Shown one piece after another: positions 55,656 to 64,000 of a DNA stretch of 64,000 nt. The position numbers were made by a program, and so were the translations under genes. The notes below the pieces were generated by a model. That model was not told the DNA's origin. It saw nothing but the letters and a program-made list of their open reading frames with translations, and made no database searches. The stretch is from Eledone cirrhosa (taxonomy: Eukaryota). Positions within the stretch are counted from its first letter, which is position 1. Every line of letters begins with the position of its first letter. The DNA is taken from contig OZ024750.1 in assembly GCA_964016885.1 (NCBI GenBank), forward strand, positions 26,536,001 to 26,600,000, given 5' to 3'.

Positions 55656-56452
55656 CGGAGAAAGCTAATAGCGATACTCCGGCCAAATTCCAACTCACTC
55701 AACAAACATTAAGAAATACTTGTGTATATTCCTAATTAAACGTTCGGGGTGCTAACTAATTGTATTGTGTGGAAAATTGGCTGTATCATTTCATATGAGA
55801 TATATCAAATAAATCTTTTCCCAGACAACTCGTTTCACTACAAGATTTCTACAAGTTGGGTGAAATTATACCAATTTATGTAGAAGCTTGTATAAGATCA
55901 ACAGATACTTATTCAAGTAGGCTCTTATAATTCTTCAGTGGGTGCCCAATAATATTAATATTGATAACCAAATCAACATCAATATTTAGCGATAATCACC
56001 ATCAGTGCTTGAGGGAGCTGCTAGGTTGTTAGTCCAGCAGTTCTAAAGAAAATCTCACACTGTCTAGAAAATAGGAGGAAGGAGACTACCGCCAAAAAAC
56101 AATACATGCCCAGGTCAATGAATTCTGAAAAGAATTCAAGCTACGGGCTAGAACTCAATTGGATATGAAAAAATAATCATATGTGCGCAGCGCTTGATGA
56201 CACACAGATATTTTCTCGGGCAAAATAACAGAATGAGCTACAAGAACAAACAATCAGTATTCATATAAAAAATAAACAAAGAGAGTCATACCTTATATCG
56301 GGAAAGTTCATATCTGTTGCTCCAAGAGTAAATATATAAATACATAATCGGAGAAAGCTAATAGCTATACTCCGGCCAAATTCCAACTCACTCAACAAAC
56401 ATTAGGAAATACCTGAGTATATTCCTAATAAGGCGTTCGGGGTGCTAACTAA

Positions 56453-56492
<40 letters not shown>

Positions 56493-56866
56493 CGAGCAAA
56501 AATGGCCAAGACTGCTGCTATGGTAACAGTCAGGCTGCTGTCTTCTTAACAAACCACTTTCCACTGATTGACCTCGATGTCACGTGATTGATTCTTTTGA
56601 ATTTGTCACCGACGCAGTAGACAGTGATTTTCTCAATGGCTAGGAATTTAGTCCACGCCTTGCATTTTCCATCCACTGAATTATTTTTGTATAAGTTCCC
56701 AGTGTCCACGTATTGCCTGGAAACTTAGCTGAGAATAGACTTCCCAGATGACGAAAGGCTTCTCTGTACACTTCTTCGGAAAGTATGTTTATTCCCTTTC
56801 AGAAACTAATTAGTTGGGAGTGAAATTTTAGTAAGTAAGTTAATTTTATAATTTTCTTATTTTACG

Positions 56867-56923
<57 letters not shown>

Positions 56924-57059
56924 GTCCAGAATTAGCCGTCGAAACGGCTTGAGCACAGCCGTCGGGGTCCTACCCGTTCCTATTATCCACTCTACTCCAC
57001 TAAGTAATGAGTACTTTGGTGCGTTATGGTCCATCTGGTTCCTTACCACATTTCCTTCG

Positions 57060-57093
<34 letters not shown>

Positions 57094-57274
57094 CGAAAAA
57101 GAGATGAAATCGAAAATGCAACTGGAGTCTTATTTTTTTTTAAAATATATATATTTATTTGGTTCCTTTACCGGTTTCGCAGTTCTTCTGCTTTTCAAAA
57201 GGTGAGTTGAGATGGAGGGTCTGTGGTTTTTCTCTCAGATGTGAGAAAAACCACAGACCCTCCATCTCAACTCA

Positions 57275-57312
57275 CCTTTTGAAAAGCAGAAGAACTGCGA
57301 AACCGGTAAAGG
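57275..57312 (+). ncRNA. Minimal hammerhead, U3-A8 variant; copies 57165-57202 (-), 55405-55442 (+), damaged at 5045 and 7640
   Basis: CCTT-TTGAAAA-GCAG AAGAA CTGC-GAAA-CCGG-TA-AAGG. Confidence 0.75.
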
Positions 57313-57442
57313 AACCAAATAAATATATATATTTAAAAAAAAAATAAGACTCCAGTTGCATTTTCGATTCCATCTCTTTTTCTTTATACTTTCACTCGTG
57401 TAGGACACCTCGGTTATTTTTCACTTTGTAAAAAAACCTCAC

Positions 57443-57550
<108 letters not shown>

Positions 57551-57609
57551 GAAGTTGTTCAGATGGATGTACTCCAGGTCATATTGGCAAGATCACAATT
57601 GCCAAGAAG
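57551..57609 (+). pseudogene. Decayed 3' half EGF exon (copy 2)
   Basis: Paralog of 10447-10505. Confidence 0.75.
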
Positions 57610-57753
57610 GTATATCATAAACTTGTTACATAATTACTATAATTCCTATATACACACACACATATATATATGTTTATGTGTGTGTTTGTGTGTGTGTATC
57701 GGCATGCGTTTGTAAATATGATGTTTAATATAGAAATCTTATATATATTTCAG

Positions 57754-57888
57754 AATGCCCGGTAGGATGGTTTGGTTTTAAATGTAAAGGGGTATGCCAT
57801 TGTAACTACGTCCTTAACTGCGACTTCCGTTCTGGAAGATGTTCAGATGGATGTACTGCAGGTTATCTTGGATACAATTGCCAAGAAG
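57754..57888 (+). CDS. EGF-like exon B, copy 2 (ECPVGWFGFKCKGVCHCNYVLNCDFRSGRCSDGCTAGYLGYNCQE)
   Basis: tttcag / GTATAT, 135 nt, open, 8 Cys. Confidence 0.9.
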
Positions 57889-57924
57889 GTATATTATAAA
57901 CTTGTTACGTATTTACTGTAATTA

Positions 57925-57995
<71 letters not shown>

Positions 57996-58172
57996 CACAC
58001 ACATACACACACACATACACACACACACGCACACATTCACACATATATATGTATGTGTTTCCGTTTGTATGTGTGTGTTTGTGTGTGTGTGCATATGTTT
58101 GTGTGTGTGGAAATATGATGTTTAATATAGAAATCGCTTCTACAGGTCTACTTTTGAATGAAATAGTTCTAA

Positions 58173-58227
<55 letters not shown>

Positions 58228-59463
58228 AGATTCCTGATGATTTCTAAAGAATGGAACATTTCTAGTCCTGCAGAATCTCATCTATATTAAAATGTTATAC
58301 TCTGCTATGTATTGAGTACCTTACTGTGGTTACCTCCGATTCAACCCGCTTGACACGGCTATAAAATTCACGCTTGTTTGCATAATTGCAAACGAATCGA
58401 ATGTTGTTATTAATATTCGAAAAACTCAGATTACATTTATATATATAAATATATATATATATAAGTATGTATACGTACATATATGTATACAGACGTACAG
58501 TAGTATGTATATACATACTACATGCATATATATATATATATGTACGTATGGGTTTACCGAACATTTACTATAATGCTCGGTTTGTTTGTAAACAAACAGC
58601 CAGAATTATTAGCCGTACAGTGTTCGGCAACGATGGTTGCCATTTTGTTCAACACTGACAAAGGAACGATGAACTAGTTTCTAGCTTATTAGTTGTCATC
58701 AGCACTATATACCTTCCTGTCAGTTGATTGAACATTTGAAAGTATATACTTTCCTGGTGGATATTAACGGCTGAGCAGCCTAATTTGCATATTGAGTGAG
58801 TACATATATATATGTGTGCATGTATGTATTCATATAAATACTACTGTACGTCTTTATACATATATGTATGTACGTATACATACTTATATTTAAGTAACAG
58901 CCGTACAAAGAGTGAGAAATGAAATTTCATTTTTTCCATTTATCGTTTTCGGTACGACCTGCCGACTATCTCAGTCGATATGCAAATAAGGGTGCTCAGT
59001 AGTTAATATGCATAAGGAAAATATATACTTTCAAACGTTCAATCAACTGACAGGAAGCTATACGGTGCTGATGACGGCTAATAAGCTAGCAACTAGTTCT
59101 TCGTTCCTTTGTCAGTGTTGAACAAAATGGCAACGATGGTTGCCGAACACTGTACGGCTAATAATTCGGGCCGTTTGTTTAGAAACAAACCGAGCATTAT
59201 AGTAAATGTTCGGTAAACTCATACGTACATATACATGTGTGTGCATATATGTATATACATAATACTGTACGTCTGTATACATATATGTATATACGTATAC
59301 ATACTTACATTTAAGTATCAGCCGTACTAACAGTGAGAAATGAAACATCATTTTTCGATGTATATATATATATATAAATGGAAAAATGAAATTTCATTTC
59401 TCACTCTTAGTACGGCTGATACTTAAATATAAGTATGTATACGTACATGCATATATGTATACC

Positions 59464-59576
<113 letters not shown>

Positions 59577-60499
59577 GTGTGTATGTATATAAATGTAATC
59601 TGAGTTTTTCGAATATTAATAATAACATTCGATTTGTTTGCAATTATGCAAACAAGCCTGAATTTTATTGCCATGTCAGTGGAATAAACACTTCATTCTT
59701 GCTCCTGTGATGGCATGCGAACAGAACTCCAGACACTAATGTTTCTGGGTATCACCCTTCATCCTTTATGTCCATGTTTGCGTATTTTTAGCTGTAATAA
59801 TCTCCGGGTCTTCTTCCATCTATTTCTTTTTTTCTTTTTTCCTTTCTCTTTCTCCTTTTTCATCTTTCTCTGCCTCTTTTTCTGTTTCTTTCTTCATCTT
59901 TCTTTCTTTTCTCTACCTTCACTATTTCTATCCCCCTCGTTTCTTTCTATCTGTATCTCTATTATTACTACTATTTTGATGTGATAGTTTGAACTCGTAA
60001 ATTTGCCGGTTACGTATTTATTTGTATTTTCTTTCTCTCTTTCGTCTTTCCTCCTCCCCTCCTTTCCATCTGTACTCCTTCTTCTGTGTCTCTCTATATC
60101 TTTATTATTAATATTAATATTGATGTGGTAATTTAAAATTGTAAATTTACAGTTATGCATATTTCCTTTATTTTCTCTTGGTCTCTGACGAAATGATAGA
60201 GATAAATGTATTTTTAAATTGAGTGACACTGCCTTCTGCGTTAAGCAATTTTTAGACAACTCTATCATAGAAACAATTGTTAGACTGTAAATAAATTTCC
60301 TTCTTTGTACTGTCGACCATATTATTCAATTTTTCAATTTTATTATTCAAAGATATATTTACACAGGAATATAAGTGAAGTCATAAACTCGTCATCCACG
60401 TAAACCTCTTGTTCAGTCTTTCAACGCCGTACGCTTAAACTATTGATGATAAGAAGTTTTCACAACCTCTAATCGGACTACCTTTAACGATATCTTGTT

Positions 60500-60597
<98 letters not shown>

Positions 60598-61201
60598 GGA
60601 TAACAGTTTTTCGAATATTAATAACATTCGATTCGCTTGCAATTATGCAAACAAGCCTAAATTTTATAGCCATGACAGTAGAATGAACACTTCATTCTTG
60701 CTCCTGTGTTGGCAGACACTAATGTTTCTGGGATCACCCTTCATCAGTACAGCCCACTGTTCTTCTGCAAAAACCTCAGAGCCAGTGAAAATATATGCTA
60801 TTTTCAAAAATACACTGTGACTCATTGGCCTGATTTGCATATCAGCAGACTGGCTGATCAGTCAATCTGCATGTTAGCCAGATTTGCATATCAGCAGACT
60901 GGCCAGTCAGTTTCCTGTATACGAGAGATATATGGCCAACTTTGCCAAATTTAAATAAAAAAGACAATTTATATATACAAATATATACACAACAAAGCCT
61001 GCAGCTCCATTCTACTTCGCTGTCTCTTCTCCCTCTCTCTATGTCCCTCTTTCAATCTTCTCTCTTACCATCACTATCTCTTTCTCTCTATCTTTCACTC
61101 TCTCTTGTGTCGGTGGGTGTGTGCTGGGTGCAGGCGTGTGCCTGCATGTGTATGTGTGTGTAAATATGATGTTTAATATAGAAATCTTATATGTATTTCA
61201 G

Positions 61202-61336
61202 AATGCCGAATAGGAGAGTTTGGTGTTAAATGTAAAAGGACATGCCATTGTATCAACAACACAAACTGTGACCATCGAAATGGAAGATGTTCAGATGGAT
61301 GTTCTGCAGGTCATACTGGTAACAATTGCCAAGAAG
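61202..61336 (+). CDS. EGF-like exon C, copy 2
   Basis: 135 nt, canonical sites. Two substitutions versus copy 1 (E>K, D>N). Confidence 0.9.
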
Positions 61337-61364
61337 GTATATCATAAACTTGTTACGTATTCTA

Positions 61365-61476
<112 letters not shown>

Positions 61477-62472
61477 TTCAATTTAGATTATCACTTGTAA
61501 ATTTTTTAATTTTTAATTTTTGAATCCTCATTTTTTATTTTTTATTTTTAGTTTTAATTTCCAACTCTCCTTCATAATTTCCACTGTGAAACCATAATAC
61601 CTAGAATTAAGCATATTTTCTCTTAGAGGTTGATGGTCAATTCTACTGTCCATGCTTAATGTAGGGTAGTATTGAGACCTATTGACACTCACACTCTCCC
61701 AACCCCACTAGCTTTCGGCTGACTGCCACTGACGGGGTGGATAGCAGTAAGCTATATATTACAGGCCTGAATAGGTCAATGTTTGGTTGAGAGGGGGAAC
61801 TGCCTAGGCGAATTTCGTTGAACTCTGAGGTAGCTGATGGTCAAATTCTTTCGGATCTGCGCCTGCGCAAACCGGTGGGGGTGAATTGGTACTCACAAGG
61901 GAACGGACGAAGAACCCAAGAGCACACACTTCGTCGGTTCCCATGTCGATATATATATATATGTACATAAAGGTAATCTGAGTTTTTTCGAATATTAATA
62001 ACATTCGATTCGCTTGCAATTATGCAAACAAACCTCAATTTTATAGCCATGTCAGTAGAATGAACACTTCATTCTTGCTTCTGTGTTGGCATGCGAACAG
62101 AACTGCAGACACTGATGTTTCTGGGTATCACCCTTCATCAGTACAGCCCACTGTTTTCCTGCAAAACCATCAGAGCCAGTGAAAAGATATGCTATTTTCA
62201 AAAATACACAGTGACTCATTGGCCTGATTTGCATATTAGCAGACTGGATGATATATACCAATATATTCACAACAAAGCCTGCAGCTCCATACTCCTTCGC
62301 TCTTCCCTCTCCCTCTCTCTATGTCCCTCTTTCAATCTACTCTCTTACAACTACAATCTTTTTCTCTCTATCTTTCACTCTCTCTTGTGTGTGTGGGTGC
62401 AAGTGTGTGCGTGCATGTGTGTGTGTGTATGTAAATATGATGTTTAATATAGAAATCTCATATATATTTCAG

Positions 62473-62604
62473 AATGCCGCATAGGAAAGTTTGGTGTTAA
62501 TTGTAATGTGACATGTCATTGTATCAACAACACAAACTGTGACATCTTTAATGGGACATGTTCAGATGGATGTTCTGCAGGTTATACTGGTGAGAATTGC
62601 CAAG
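62473..62604 (+). CDS. EGF-like exon D, copy 2
   Basis: 132 nt, canonical sites. One substitution versus copy 1 (D>E). Confidence 0.9.
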
Positions 62605-62789
62605 GTATATCATAAACTTGTTACATAGTTACGATAATTACTATATACACACAGGCATATATATATGTGTGTGTGTGGGTGTGTATGTGTGTGTGTTGGG
62701 GGGGGGGGCTAATGCGGGTGTGTATGTGCATGTGTTTGTGTATGTGTTTAAATAGGATGTTTAATATAGAAATCTCATATATATTTCAG

Positions 62790-62924
62790 AATGCCGAATA
62801 GGAAAGTTTGGTCTTAATTATAATAGGACATGCCATTGTATCAACAACAAATACTGTGATAAGCTAAATGGAACATGTTGAGATAAATGTTCTGCAGATT
62901 ATATTGGTAACAATTGCCCAGAAG
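62790..62924 (+). pseudogene. EGF pseudo-exon E, copy 2
   Basis: TGA 62879-62881, GG donor, additional Cys>Tyr change. Confidence 0.85.
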
Positions 62925-62953
62925 GGATATCATAAACTTGTTACGTATTTACG

Positions 62954-63055
<102 letters not shown>

Positions 63056-63252
63056 ACGCGCACATACACTCAAACATACACACGCATACACTCACACACA
63101 CACATATATATATATATATGTTTGCGTGTGTATGTGTGTGTGTGTGCATGTGTTTGTGTGTTTGATGTTTAATATAGAAATCGCTTATACTGGACTAGAA
63201 TAGTTTCATCCACAGAAATCATCAGGAATAGGTTTTCCTGATGATTATGTTT

Positions 63253-63433
63253 GGTGGATTGGCAGTATCGGTAGAGGGTCGGACGCCATGCTTTACAGCA
63301 TAGTTACGTCCCTTTACAATCTGAGTTCAAATCCCGCCGAGGTTGACTTTGCCTTTCATCCTTACGGGGTCGATAAAATAAAGTACCAGTAATGCACTGG
63401 GTAATTGCTGGCCTTGTGCCTAAAGTAGAAACA
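63253..63433 (+). mobile_element. tRNA-derived SINE with TSD attatgtttg
   Basis: Near-identical to 2929-3109. Empty site in copy 1 at about 16246-16255. Confidence 0.9.
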
Positions 63434-63470
63434 ATTATGTTTGAATGAAATAGTTCTAATAGTTCAAAAT

Positions 63471-63522
<52 letters not shown>

Positions 63523-64000
63523 TTAGGTTTTTTTGTTTCACCACTGGATAGAACTGGTCATTCTGAATAGTCAACCTCGATGTAATATTATGGTGAGCAC
63601 TCGACGTAATGCAACTCAACTGTCTTCGTTTGTGTAGTTGGTGGTGCGAGTACGGAGTTAATTATTATAGAATAACAGGAGTCTGGACTGGTGTAATTCC
63701 TTGAAAGGTTTATTATACTATGATCATTTCAATGACCGGGTTCAGTATGAATCCGGTGACATCATCAGGTATTCAGAATATAACAAAGGAATATAATAGA
63801 CAAAATCCATGGGGCTAAAAATAAGAGACATGAGGACGACCGAACATTCAGCAGCTTCTACCACGGTCGACCACCCCCTGTTATTTCTGTACAGATGAGA
63901 GACGTGTATTTACGCTTAAACAATGAATCAATCTGTTACAATTAATAATTATTCGCAAAGTATTAATATTGAAATGCATTTATTCGGAAGTGTGACAGAA

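Overview
Eukaryotic, AT-rich, microsatellite-saturated DNA ((TA)n, (CA)n, (TATG)n). The repeat landscape and SINE family look like an octopus/cephalopod genome (inference). Most ORFs in the supplied track are microsatellite artefacts. The window holds parts of two tandem copies (offset about 45-47 kb; 1-19217 matches 47274-64000) of a spliced gene that I reconstructed from splice sites. It encodes a small type-I membrane protein: signal-peptide exon (35457-35520), an array of phase-1 EGF-like exons of MEGF10/SCARF/CED-1 type, a transmembrane exon (20821-20911) and a K-D-x-G repeat cytoplasmic exon (26659-26893). One EGF exon (B) differs between the copies at 14 of 45 codons, every one amino-acid changing with all 8 Cys kept, while the neighbouring exons are nearly identical. 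This suggests a diversifying receptor cluster. Introns and intergenic DNA are filled with Penelope-like retroelements (RT and GIY-YIG remnants, inverted pLTRs, a 6.6-kb palindrome) carrying over 20 hammerhead-ribozyme motifs, including core variants. RTE/R4/CRE-like LINE fragments and tRNA-type SINEs are also present.
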